This document shows positions 17,562 to 26,023 of a stretch of DNA of 48,170 nucleotides, piece after piece. This stretch comes from an uncultured bacterium. Its GTDB lineage: Bacteria > Muiribacteriota > Ozemobacteria > Ozemobacterales > Ozemobacteraceae. The notes under the pieces were generated by a model. The model did no database searches. It was given only the letters and a program-made list of their open reading frames with translations, and was not told where the DNA came from. Each line of letters begins with the position of its first letter. Position 1 is the first letter of the stretch. The translations under genes were made by a program, and so were the position numbers. The stretch is from NCBI GenBank assembly GCA_964597625.1, contig CAZQYQ010000002.1, positions 2,722 to 50,891 on the forward strand, in the 5' to 3' direction.

Positions 17562-18563
17562 TCAGACCTTGCGAAGGACGTGGCTGAGGGTCATGGCATT
17601 GGCGGCACACAGGCGGGGCATTTTCTGGGAACTGGAGTTATTCATGGCCTGGACGCTGTTGCCACTTCCCATGATGATGCCGATGTGGGTGTCGGGATCG
17701 TCGACACCATCCCCGTCCGAATCGTATGTCTTCCAGGTGATGACGTCGCCTGCGCGATAGGGAGGAACCTGGGCATAGGTCCAGCCGATAGCCTTCAGAT
17801 CAGCCATGACCTCGGAGACACACAGGCGTATCCGGCTCACGACGCCGGCGTTCTTTAACGCCGTAGATACGACCTGGGCGCATCCATAGGCTCCACCCTG
17901 GGTCAGCGGATCATATGGGAAGTTTTTCTGACCGACAAGGGCCTGAGCTGCGTTCACGACACGGGTCTGCAGATCGCCGGCCGGCGTGACGGGCGTGCTG
18001 GAGGAGGATCCATCGCTGCTGGCCTGCGTCCCGTCGACGATAGCTCCGCCGTAATCGGCGGGATAGACCACGGGAACCTGGCCAGCAGGCTGGCTTGCGG
18101 TCGAGACATAGTTCTGGTGAACGTAGGCGGTTCCGCCCGCGTAGGCGATCTTGTACCAGGGACCATCCTTGCCGATGATACGGACCTTTTCGCCGTTGGT
18201 GAATCCGCCGATGACCTTGCCCCACGGGCCTGAGCGGATGTTCAGGGAGGAGTTGACCTCGACGGTCCCCTCTTCGCCGGCTACAGCACCGGATTCGGCA
18301 TCTTTGACCTGGCCTTCGAGCTTCTTGATGAGGTCTTCATACTGTTTGACAAGGGCCTCAAGGCCACTGACCGTTTTCTCCATCTGAGTGGCAGTCTGGG
18401 CAGAAGTCCCCGCTGTGGTGGCGGCTGATGTCTGACCGGAGTCACCGACGTCGTGATTTTCGAGCGTCGTCAGTGGATCTTCAGCATAAAGCCCTGCGGG
18501 CACGACTGCATACAGAAGCGCAACGCATGCCAGAACAAGCAGAACGACAGATTTTCTGTTCAT
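17562..18563 (-). CDS. Secreted SH3b-domain protein with a C-terminal papain-fold (NlpC/P60 or CHAP-like) cell-wall hydrolase domain
   Basis: ATG (cat 18561-18563) is preceded by GGAGG. Signal/anchor VVLLVLACVALLYAVVPAGLYA. SH3b-like VNSSLNIRSGPWGKVIGGFTNGEKVRIIGKDGPWYKIAYAGGTAYV. C-terminal GAYGCAQVV ... GDVITW ... DTHIGII (Cys/His pattern). Confidence 0.65.
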   Translation of the reverse strand: MNRKSVVLLVLACVALLYAVVPAGLYAEDPLTTLENHDVGDSGQTSAATTAGTSAQTATQMEKTVSGLEALVKQYEDLIKKLEGQVKDAESGAVAGEEGTVEVNSSLNIRSGPWGKVIGGFTNGEKVRIIGKDGPWYKIAYAGGTAYVHQNYVSTASQPAGQVPVVYPADYGGAIVDGTQASSDGSSSSTPVTPAGDLQTRVVNAAQALVGQKNFPYDPLTQGGAYGCAQVVSTALKNAGVVSRIRLCVSEVMADLKAIGWTYAQVPPYRAGDVITWKTYDSDGDGVDDPDTHIGIIMGSGNSVQAMNNSSSQKMPRLCAANAMTLSHVLRKV

Positions 18564-18751
18564 ATTCGACCTCCAGCGAGATGTTTTCATCATATACCTT
18601 TCCAACTGTTCTCTCAAAGTTACAAGGCAACGACGGAAAAACGACCATCACGGCAATTGGGAAGAAGGAGCAGAGGGTTGTCGTTCTTTCGTTTGCCGGG
18701 ATGTCCTCATATATGCTAGAACGGATTGAATCCACTTCTGAGAGGAACAAA

Positions 18752-20122
18752 ATGGCAGATTTCGACAAACTGATCGGTTCGAACGGAGTTCCGACCCACT
18801 GGTACAACATCGTTCCGGATATGCCGAAAGCTCCGGCCATTCCGCTGCACCCGGCCACTCATCAGCCGGTCACGCCGAAAGACCTTGAACCGATGTTCCC
18901 GCCCAGCCTGATCGAGCAGGAAAGCTCAAAAGAGCAACTGATCGCGATTCCCGAGGAAGTGCGAGAGATTCTTTCGATGTGGCGCCCCACCCCGCTGCGC
19001 CGCGCCCGCCGTCTCGAACAGGCTTTGGGCACTCCCGCCAAGATTTTCTTCAAATACGAAGGCGTTTCCCCGGCAGGAAGTCACAAGTCGAATACCGCGG
19101 TTCCTCAGGCCTACTTCAACAAGCAGGCCGGCATGAAAAGGCTCACCACCGAGTCGGGTGCCGGACAGTGGGGAACATCGCTGGCCCACGCGGGCGGCAT
19201 CTACGGGCTCGATGTTGCCGTCTACATGGTTCGATCAAGCGTCGCCCAGAAGCCGTATCGCAAGGTCGCCATGGAGATGTGGGGCGCGAACGTGTATCCA
19301 AGCCCCTCTGAGATGACCAACGCTGGCCGGGCCGAACTGGGCGTCGATCCTGATTGCCCCGGCAGCCTCGGCATCGCCATTTCCGAGGCGGTCGAGGATG
19401 CGACCGGCCGTTCCGATACCAACTACGCGCTCGGTTCGGTCATGAATCATGTTCTGCTGCATCAGAGCGTCATCGGCCTCGAAGCCCGGCAGCAGATGCA
19501 GGACATGAAGGAATATCCCGATGTCGTCATCGCCTGCTGCGGCGGCGGCAGTAACTTCGGCGGCATTGCGTTTCCGTTCCTGCACGACAAGTTCAAAGAG
19601 GGGAAGAATGTACGGGCAATCGCGGTTGAACCGACTTCCTGCCCCACCCTCACCAAAGGTGAGTTCAGATACGATCTCGGCGATGCAGCCGGGCTCACCC
19701 CGCTGCTGATGATGTATACTCTCGGCCACTCATTCATGCCGTCCCAGCTCCACGCGGGGGGACTGCGCTACCACGGTGTTTCGCCGCTGATCTCGCAGCT
19801 GTACAGCGAAGGACTGATCGAGGCGAAGGCGCTCGAGCAGCTTGCGGTGTTTGAAGCCGCCCGCATGTTCGCCCATCACGAAGGCATCATTCCCGCTCCC
19901 GAAAGCGCGCACGCCGTCAAGGCCGCGATCGACATGGCGCTTTCCTGCAAGGATACCGAAAAGCCGATGACGATTCTGTTCTGCCTGAGCGGTCACGGTA
20001 TTTTCGACCTCGGCTCCTATGCCGACATGCTTGCCGGGAATCTCACCGACGCGACCTTCTCCGCCGACAAGATGCAGGAATCCCTCGGGAAGCTGCCGTC
20101 CGTCCAGGTCCGCTGGGAATAA
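18752..20122 (+). CDS. trpB: TrpB2-type tryptophan synthase beta-like PLP enzyme (stand-alone)
   Basis: ATG 18752 lies after gagagga. MADFDKLIGSNGVPTHWYNIVPD..., PLP-lysine motif PAGSHKSNTA, GGGSNFGG loop, about 456 aa as for the long TrpB2 class. No trpA adjacent. Confidence 0.88.
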   Translation: MADFDKLIGSNGVPTHWYNIVPDMPKAPAIPLHPATHQPVTPKDLEPMFPPSLIEQESSKEQLIAIPEEVREILSMWRPTPLRRARRLEQALGTPAKIFFKYEGVSPAGSHKSNTAVPQAYFNKQAGMKRLTTESGAGQWGTSLAHAGGIYGLDVAVYMVRSSVAQKPYRKVAMEMWGANVYPSPSEMTNAGRAELGVDPDCPGSLGIAISEAVEDATGRSDTNYALGSVMNHVLLHQSVIGLEARQQMQDMKEYPDVVIACCGGGSNFGGIAFPFLHDKFKEGKNVRAIAVEPTSCPTLTKGEFRYDLGDAAGLTPLLMMYTLGHSFMPSQLHAGGLRYHGVSPLISQLYSEGLIEAKALEQLAVFEAARMFAHHEGIIPAPESAHAVKAAIDMALSCKDTEKPMTILFCLSGHGIFDLGSYADMLAGNLTDATFSADKMQESLGKLPSVQVRWE

Positions 20123-20179
20123 TCTCCGAATTGAATACTCCTCATGGCCTCTGAATCACGGAGGTCCGTGAGGGCACGA

Positions 20180-20227
20180 AGACAGCGCAGAGAGGAGGAC
20201 GAATACGTTTCCGCGCTGTCTTTGTGT
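20180..20227 (+). terminator. Possible terminator after trpB2
   Basis: agacagcgc (20180-20188) pairs with gcgctgtct (20213-20221). The loop is large (24 nt). Followed by ttgtgt. Weak by usual criteria. Confidence 0.3.
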
Positions 20228-20274
20228 CTGGTATATCGTCATTCGCAGATTTCATTTTCTGCGGTATAGATATA

Positions 20275-20808
20275 TCAAAGCGCTTTCCAGAATTTGCATC
20301 CGTCTTCGCCGTCGGGGTAATACCGCGGCAGAAGGCGGGTCATCCGGTAGCCGTGTTTCTCGAAAAAGCGCCTTGAGGCCGTATTGCTGACTCGTGCCTC
20401 GGCGCAGACCGATCGCATGCCGTTCTGACGGAAGATCTTCTCCATGGCCACCAGCAGATGCTCCGCAATGCAGCGGCCCTGCAGTCTTCGATGAACCGCA
20501 ATCTTATAGATGCGGCCTGAGGGCCCGCCCCGAAACCGGCGCAGCAGTCCAACCACTTCGGCAAGTATCGCATTTTGCCTATCGCGCATGACCAGTACCC
20601 GGCACGTCGGCACGCGCAGCAGGCGTGCAATCTGGGCCGGCTTGAACACATCAACAGACGGGAACAGTTCCCGTTCAAGCGCAATAATGCCGGCGCCATC
20701 ATTCGCCCTTGCCGGTTTCAGACGCAGCGTTTCGATGTTCTCAACGCCTTCAGTCCAGTCATTTTCCCGCAACGCCGGGTGATTATGCATTCCCGTATTT
20801 CCATCCAT
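20275..20808 (-). CDS. GNAT family N-acetyltransferase
   Basis: IYKIAVHRRLQGRCIAEHLLVAMEKIFRQNGMRSVCAEARVSNTASRRFFEKHGY matches the acetyl-CoA-binding core (R/QxxGxG/A-like plus the FYxxxGF-like tail). Confidence 0.8.
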   Translation of the reverse strand: MDGNTGMHNHPALRENDWTEGVENIETLRLKPARANDGAGIIALERELFPSVDVFKPAQIARLLRVPTCRVLVMRDRQNAILAEVVGLLRRFRGGPSGRIYKIAVHRRLQGRCIAEHLLVAMEKIFRQNGMRSVCAEARVSNTASRRFFEKHGYRMTRLLPRYYPDGEDGCKFWKAL

Positions 20809-20830
20809 TGTTTATATATAGCAATATATT

Positions 20831-21814
20831 TCAGCCGGCTTGTAACTTGCCGCTATATTCCAGTGCAAGCAGCGTAAAATCATCCTGAAAACCGCACTCT
20901 CTGATGAACGCTTCGGCAGAAGCATGAATCTTCTTCACAGCGTCCCCAAGGGGAAGATTCCGTGTCGTATCAGCAAGATCGATCGGCCTGCCTTCGCCGA
21001 AAAACTCTTTTTCTGAGTTTCGGCACTCGGTCAGACCGTCAGTATAAAAGAACAGGCGGTCGCCCGGCTTCAAAAAAATGCTCGTGGCAGGAAAACTTCC
21101 GCCCAGGCCCATTCCAAGGATGGCTCCATGCTCTTCCAGATAGCGCGGTTTTTCAGAACCGCTCACCAGGATAGGATATGGATGCCCGGCATTGGAAAAG
21201 ACGAATTCTCCGGATTCTTTATCGAGAATTCCATAAACGATGGAAAATGTCTTCTTGAACCTGGAGAACGGAAACTCAAGTTCCAGCTCATCCAGAACGT
21301 TGTCGGGAGGCGTCACTCTATATTCACCCGAACCATTCTTCTGCATCACCAGACCTCTGTGAGGCTGAAGCGCCTGACTGATCGATACGGTCACCATCGC
21401 CGATGGAACTCCATGTCCGCTGATATCCAGTATGGCTACCTGCAGATATCTTTCCCCGAGCGGTCTCACCATGAAAATATCGCCGCCCACGCTCTCAGAA
21501 GGAATGAATTCCCATGCAGCCTGAACGGGTGAAAAGGCTGGAAGAGGCATGGGAAGAAGCGCCCTTTGAATTTCCGCGGCCGCCCGGAGATCGGCATCAA
21601 GTCTGGCCTGCTTTTTCACCAGTTCGCCGTTGAGGCGCACAAGTTCACGCTCAGCCTCGGCATATCGGTAAACAAGGTCGGTCTGCAGGCGATTCATGAT
21701 GTTCCGGTCGCATCGATCCGCCCGCAATCCCAGTAGATATTTCAGGATATCGGAGAAAGACGAGTCTGTTAATATAGATTCTGATATATTATTGAATACC
21801 GAATCTTTATTCAT
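20831..21814 (-). CDS. PP2C-type serine phosphatase of the SpoIIE/RsbU family
   Basis: GGDIFMVRPL, VAILDISGHGVPSAMV and FFYTDGLTECRN are hallmark SpoIIE-domain segments. N-terminal coiled-coil region. Confidence 0.88.
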   Translation of the reverse strand: MNKDSVFNNISESILTDSSFSDILKYLLGLRADRCDRNIMNRLQTDLVYRYAEAERELVRLNGELVKKQARLDADLRAAAEIQRALLPMPLPAFSPVQAAWEFIPSESVGGDIFMVRPLGERYLQVAILDISGHGVPSAMVTVSISQALQPHRGLVMQKNGSGEYRVTPPDNVLDELELEFPFSRFKKTFSIVYGILDKESGEFVFSNAGHPYPILVSGSEKPRYLEEHGAILGMGLGGSFPATSIFLKPGDRLFFYTDGLTECRNSEKEFFGEGRPIDLADTTRNLPLGDAVKKIHASAEAFIRECGFQDDFTLLALEYSGKLQAG

Positions 21815-21820
21815 CTCGAA

Positions 21821-23008
21821 TCATGAAAACAGCGACCTCAAGCGCGAGAATATCCCGCCTCTCTGCGTTTTTGATGCGGCCTCTTCACCTGTCAGAAGCG
21901 TTACGAAAGCAGCCAGGTCTTTTCCGGCAGGGGATGATGGCGATTTATCGACGAGCGGAATGCCGGCAAACTCAGCCTCGGGTACCGTCAGAGAATCTTC
22001 AGCGATATTGCATATCTGGCCAACCGGCAGTTTGCGGAACTCTTCAGTGAACGACTTTTGACTCTCACGGAAACGATTGATAAGCACGGCAAATTTGTCT
22101 TTGTGAAAGTTGAGGCGGCTCAACACCCTGAATAACCGGTGCTGGCGGGTTAATCCGGCCAGATCGCCGTGGCTGACGAGAACAATGAGATCAGCCATAT
22201 CCCAGGCGAGGAGGGTCTGGTCATCGATTTCGGAACGTGTATCCAATATTATATAGTCATACTGAGTCCCGATTGTTCGCAGAATCTGGTTCAGGTTGGT
22301 CCTGGATATCAGTTCGGAATCCTGTGGCAGATCGGGGCTGAAAAGAAAATCAACCTCGAATTTCCGCGTCATGTATCCCTTGATCCGATCGAACACAAGT
22401 CGCTCTTCTTTTTGAACAAGCCGGGCAATATTCAAGTTCGAGGGGGCTCCGACAAACAGATTCGCATTTCCGAACTGCATGTCGCAGTCGAGAAAAGCGA
22501 CTCTCTTCTTCGTCCTGGCGAGCAAAACCGCCGTATTTACCGCCAGCGTCGTATTGCCCGTGCCGCCCTTGGGTGAGTAGAAGGTCAGTATTTTTCCCAT
22601 GAGTTCAGGGGTGGAGAGTGCTTCACGATACGTTTTAGACAAAGCAAGCAAAAGCTTGGTGCCGACAGAAATCGATTCAGCCATGAGTTTCTGCAGACCG
22701 TCGCGGTCCATAATCATAAGAACGCTGTTTTCGACGGCAATCGCTGTGCTCATGTAGCTCTGATTTTCGCGCAAAAGCGCCTCTTCGCCAAAAAATCCAC
22801 CGGCTTTGACGACTCCGAGCGTCACATCGTCTCCGTATTCCTGAACGGGGCGCTGCACGATCTTCACCGCGCCTTCTTCAAGGAGAAACAGCTTCTGGGC
22901 GGGATCGCCAAGCTTGACGACAACCTCGTTCCGTTCAACCTCGATACGGATCAGAAACCTTCGAAGCAGGTCGAAATCAGAATCTGAAAACCCTTTCAAT
23001 GCAAACAT
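21821..23008 (-). CDS. Fusion of a CAP-type cyclic-nucleotide-binding-like domain and a MinD/ParA-fold ATPase domain of the TadZ/CpaE type
   Basis: N-terminus: KLFLLEEGAVKIV...GGFFGEEALL...STAIAVE (cNMP_binding fold). C-terminus: ILTFYSPKGGTGNTTLAVNTAVLLA...VAFLDCD (deviant Walker A in which the P-loop Lys is Asn; codon aat at 22553-22555). Confidence 0.8.
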   Translation of the reverse strand: MFALKGFSDSDFDLLRRFLIRIEVERNEVVVKLGDPAQKLFLLEEGAVKIVQRPVQEYGDDVTLGVVKAGGFFGEEALLRENQSYMSTAIAVENSVLMIMDRDGLQKLMAESISVGTKLLLALSKTYREALSTPELMGKILTFYSPKGGTGNTTLAVNTAVLLARTKKRVAFLDCDMQFGNANLFVGAPSNLNIARLVQKEERLVFDRIKGYMTRKFEVDFLFSPDLPQDSELISRTNLNQILRTIGTQYDYIILDTRSEIDDQTLLAWDMADLIVLVSHGDLAGLTRQHRLFRVLSRLNFHKDKFAVLINRFRESQKSFTEEFRKLPVGQICNIAEDSLTVPEAEFAGIPLVDKSPSSPAGKDLAAFVTLLTGEEAASKTQRGGIFSRLRSLFS

Positions 23009-23022
23009 TTTCTCATTTCCTG

Positions 23023-23358
23023 TCAGAACTGCATTTTCAAAGCTTCTTCAACCGTCGCAACAATCGGGAAGTGCTGCTCAAAACCCACAAGCTGAAAAAC
23101 CTTTTTCACTGTCGGTCTGCAGGCTGCAAGAATGAGTTGCCCGCTTTTCCTTTTCAGAAGCGCGATATTCGCCACGATGGCGCTGATACCCATACTGTCG
23201 ATAATTGAAGCCTTTGCAAAATCAAGTATGATGATTTTGTGTCCGGCCTCGATCTGTTCCTTTATCGCAGCGGTAAGTTCCCCTGTGATCTCTCCAGCCA
23301 CATCTCCGTCGGCTGTGATGACTTGTCGACCGTTATTTGTTGATACCTGGAAGAACAT
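23023..23358 (-). CDS. STAS-domain anti-sigma-factor-antagonist-like protein (SpoIIAA/RsbV family)
   Basis: ATG (cat 23356-23358) is preceded by GAGGAGG. 111 aa. IILDFAKASIIDSMGISAIV contains the DSxG segment with the Ser at the phosphorylatable position. Confidence 0.88.
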   Translation of the reverse strand: MFFQVSTNNGRQVITADGDVAGEITGELTAAIKEQIEAGHKIIILDFAKASIIDSMGISAIVANIALLKRKSGQLILAACRPTVKKVFQLVGFEQHFPIVATVEEALKMQF

Positions 23359-23468
23359 TCCGCCCTCCTCTTATTTTGCTTCTCTCGTGGATGCTAGCAA
23401 ATTCGTGCGGGCCGCACAATACGGTTGCGGCATTGCCTTGAGATGCGATTCAATGGTAGGGAAAGAAC

Positions 23469-24167
23469 ATGCATGTTTTATCAGCATGTCGAAGACACCT
23501 CATGGTCCTTGGCGGCACGGCCGGCATGGAACCGACGCCCGGACCATGGAGCAGCATCACAGCCGTGGACGGCGGCGGAAACCTTTTGCAGAGGCTCTGC
23601 ATGCCGGCCACGATGGTCGTGGGAGACGGGGACTTGATCACCCCGGAAGCAGCAGCCTTTCACGAAGCGGCAGGCGCCCTCTTCCAGCGTCACCCCTGCG
23701 ATAAAAACGAGACGGACTTCGAACTCGCCCTGGCCGCGCTGGACAGCATGCCGGGCGATGAGATTCATATCCTCGGAATGGTCGGCGGCCGCTCAGACAT
23801 GTCGCTGGGAAATATTCTCGTCTTAGGCGGGCACACCGGACGCGGCCTGTTCACGTTCGACCTGCCGGACGGCTGCGGCGGAGTCATGGGCCCAGGCGAG
23901 TTGGAGATCGATATGCCGGCGGGAACGCCTGCAGCGCTTCTTGCGGTTACATCCGCCGCCTCAGGAATCTCCTCGAGCGGTGTCAGATGGCCGCTCGAAC
24001 ATGAAACGCTCGAGCTGCACAAAGCCCGCGGCGTCAGCAACATCGTCACGGAGCCGCCCTGGCGACTCACCCTGCGAACGGGCGCCCTTCTCTGGCTGTT
24101 AAGCGGTCGAACGTGTTCAGAAATCCATTTCTCATGGAAATCTTTCGCGAAAACTCCGAATCGTTAA
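23469..24167 (+). CDS. thiN: Thiamine pyrophosphokinase
   Basis: ITAVDGGGNLL, VVGDGDLI (GDFDS-equivalent), CDKNETDFELAL (KDxTDxE) and LGMVGGRSDMSLGNI (GGRxDHxLxN-like). Confidence 0.75.
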   Translation: MHVLSACRRHLMVLGGTAGMEPTPGPWSSITAVDGGGNLLQRLCMPATMVVGDGDLITPEAAAFHEAAGALFQRHPCDKNETDFELALAALDSMPGDEIHILGMVGGRSDMSLGNILVLGGHTGRGLFTFDLPDGCGGVMGPGELEIDMPAGTPAALLAVTSAASGISSSGVRWPLEHETLELHKARGVSNIVTEPPWRLTLRTGALLWLLSGRTCSEIHFSWKSFAKTPNR

Positions 24168-24210
24168 CTGAGTCATTTATCAGACGATTCAATCAAGGAG
24201 CCACAGCTTC

Positions 24211-25332
24211 ATGAACCCATCTCATGCCTGTATCCATGAAGATCTCCTCCGAATTGCAGGTGAATTCCGGCCGATCGGTTCAATTTCGGAAATCAGGGAG
24301 TTCGGCAACGGCAACATAAACAGCACATATCTGGTCGTTTCGAGATCGTCGGGCACAGACCGATTTATCCTTCAGCGTATAAACACGCATGTTTTTCCAA
24401 AACCGGAACTGGTGATGAAAAACATTCGTGCATTCACAAGCCACGCAGCCCTCAAACTCCGTGAGTCACCGCTTCCGAATGGTCGCCGGTGGGTTGTTCC
24501 CCTGATCATCCAGACCGGCTCCGGGCAAGACGGCTTCCGGGACACGGATGGCTCATTCTGGCGTGCGATCAGCTTCATCGAACACGCGACCTCGCACGAC
24601 ACTTTGAAGACATTCGCACATGCCCGTGAAACCGGCATCGCACTTGGTATATTTCATTCTCTCATCAGCGATCTGCCATGCTCTGAGCTGTCAGACACGC
24701 TCGAAGGGTTTCATGTGACGCCGCGCTACCTCGCGCAGTTCGATGAAGCCGTTGCTTCGATGCGCCCGGCTGCCTCCGCCGAGCTTTCTCACGCCTTCCG
24801 ATGCATCGAAAAACGCCGCGGGAGTGTCGGTGTTCTCGAGCAGGCGAAAGCCAGCGGAAAGCTGCCGCTGCGGCCCATTCACGGTGATCCGAAAGTGAAC
24901 AACATCATGCTCGACGAGGCAAGCGGCCGGGCCGTAAGCATGATCGATCTCGACACCGTCAAACCGGGCCTGGTTCAGTATGATATCGGCGACTGCCTGC
25001 GCTCCGGCTGCAACCCTCTCGGCGAAGAAACCAGCGACTGGGAACGCGTGAGATTCGATCCGGACATGGCCCGCGAAATTCTTCACGGATACCTCGGCGA
25101 AGCACGAACCTTTCTGACGCAGGAGGATTTCTCGTTCATGTATGAGGGAATCCGGCTGATCGCGTTCGAACTCGGGCTCAGATTTATAACTGACCATATA
25201 CAAGGAGACAGGTATTTCAAGGCGGGATTTCGAGGTCACAATCTGCAGCGTGCGCTGGTTCAGTTCAGGCTTTGCGAAAGCATCGAAGAGCATGCCGCCG
25301 AATTGAGAGCGATCGCGAAAGATCTGGTATAA
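24211..25332 (+). CDS. APH-family (aminoglycoside phosphotransferase fold) kinase, NahK/sugar-1-kinase-like
   Basis: GNGNINSTYLV (nucleotide-binding loop), catalytic IHGDPKVNNIML and IDLDTV (HGDxxxxN ... DxD). Substrate cannot be assigned from the sequence. Confidence 0.75.
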   Translation: MNPSHACIHEDLLRIAGEFRPIGSISEIREFGNGNINSTYLVVSRSSGTDRFILQRINTHVFPKPELVMKNIRAFTSHAALKLRESPLPNGRRWVVPLIIQTGSGQDGFRDTDGSFWRAISFIEHATSHDTLKTFAHARETGIALGIFHSLISDLPCSELSDTLEGFHVTPRYLAQFDEAVASMRPAASAELSHAFRCIEKRRGSVGVLEQAKASGKLPLRPIHGDPKVNNIMLDEASGRAVSMIDLDTVKPGLVQYDIGDCLRSGCNPLGEETSDWERVRFDPDMAREILHGYLGEARTFLTQEDFSFMYEGIRLIAFELGLRFITDHIQGDRYFKAGFRGHNLQRALVQFRLCESIEEHAAELRAIAKDLV

Positions 25333-25406
25333 CGTCTCCCGGCAACATCCGGCAGGCCCACCTCCGATACGCACGGCATGTGACGAACGCAAGGGAAGAT
25401 TCTATA

Positions 25407-25976
25407 TTGAATAAGATATCCATCGGCGGGGCAGCCTCCTTTGTCCTCGCGCCCTTTCCGGAATACCGGCAAAAGCCGGCGTTCGATCTTGCCGGCACCA
25501 TCTCACGCACGGCCGGAAGACTGGCGATACGCTACGCGCTGTCAGGGAATCTCCATTCCATCGACGTTGCCGAACAGGCATCGACGCCACTGAGGCTCGA
25601 TCATCTCTGGGAAACGACCTGTTTCGAGTTTTTTCTTGCAGCGCCTGCCCGTGATGAATACTGGGAATTCAATCTCTCGCCCGCCCGCCACTGGAATGCG
25701 TATCATTTCGACGGATACCGGAAAGGCATGCGCGAAGAATCTCTGGTGAGCGAGCTGCCGTTCCGCATTGAACGCACAGACCGTCGGTTCAGCCTGTCTC
25801 TGGAACTCGACATTTCACCGCTGATTCCCGCGAAAAGCCCCGTATCGGCAGGCATCACCGCCGTCCTTCGCACGCACGAAGGGAAAACAGGCTACTGGGC
25901 ATTAACCCACAAAGGCTCCGAGCCTGATTTTCACCGCCTCGACAGCTTCATCCTCCAACTCGAACCGTCACGATGA
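25407..25976 (+). CDS. DOMON/CBM9-like hypothetical protein; start codon uncertain
   Basis: The open frame has no ATG downstream of the preceding gene. Candidate starts are TTG 25407 (aaggga about 10 nt upstream) or GTG 25380. WETTCFEFFLA...EYWEFNLSP...WNAYHF resembles carbohydrate-binding family 9 / DOMON-like proteins by eye. Confidence 0.5.
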   Translation: MNKISIGGAASFVLAPFPEYRQKPAFDLAGTISRTAGRLAIRYALSGNLHSIDVAEQASTPLRLDHLWETTCFEFFLAAPARDEYWEFNLSPARHWNAYHFDGYRKGMREESLVSELPFRIERTDRRFSLSLELDISPLIPAKSPVSAGITAVLRTHEGKTGYWALTHKGSEPDFHRLDSFILQLEPSR

Positions 25977-26023
25977 TCATCGCCTCTGGTCCAGCGATGC
26001 GGACCGGTCGAGTATACTGAAGA

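Noticed and set aside
20137-20172. Bulged hairpin ctcatggcctc-tgaatcacg-gaggtccgtgag just after the trpB2 stop
   Set aside because: It is short (7+4 bp with a bulge and a G-U) and has no U tract. It is not distinguishable from chance in GC-rich DNA. The downstream 20180-20227 hairpin is listed as the low-confidence terminator instead.
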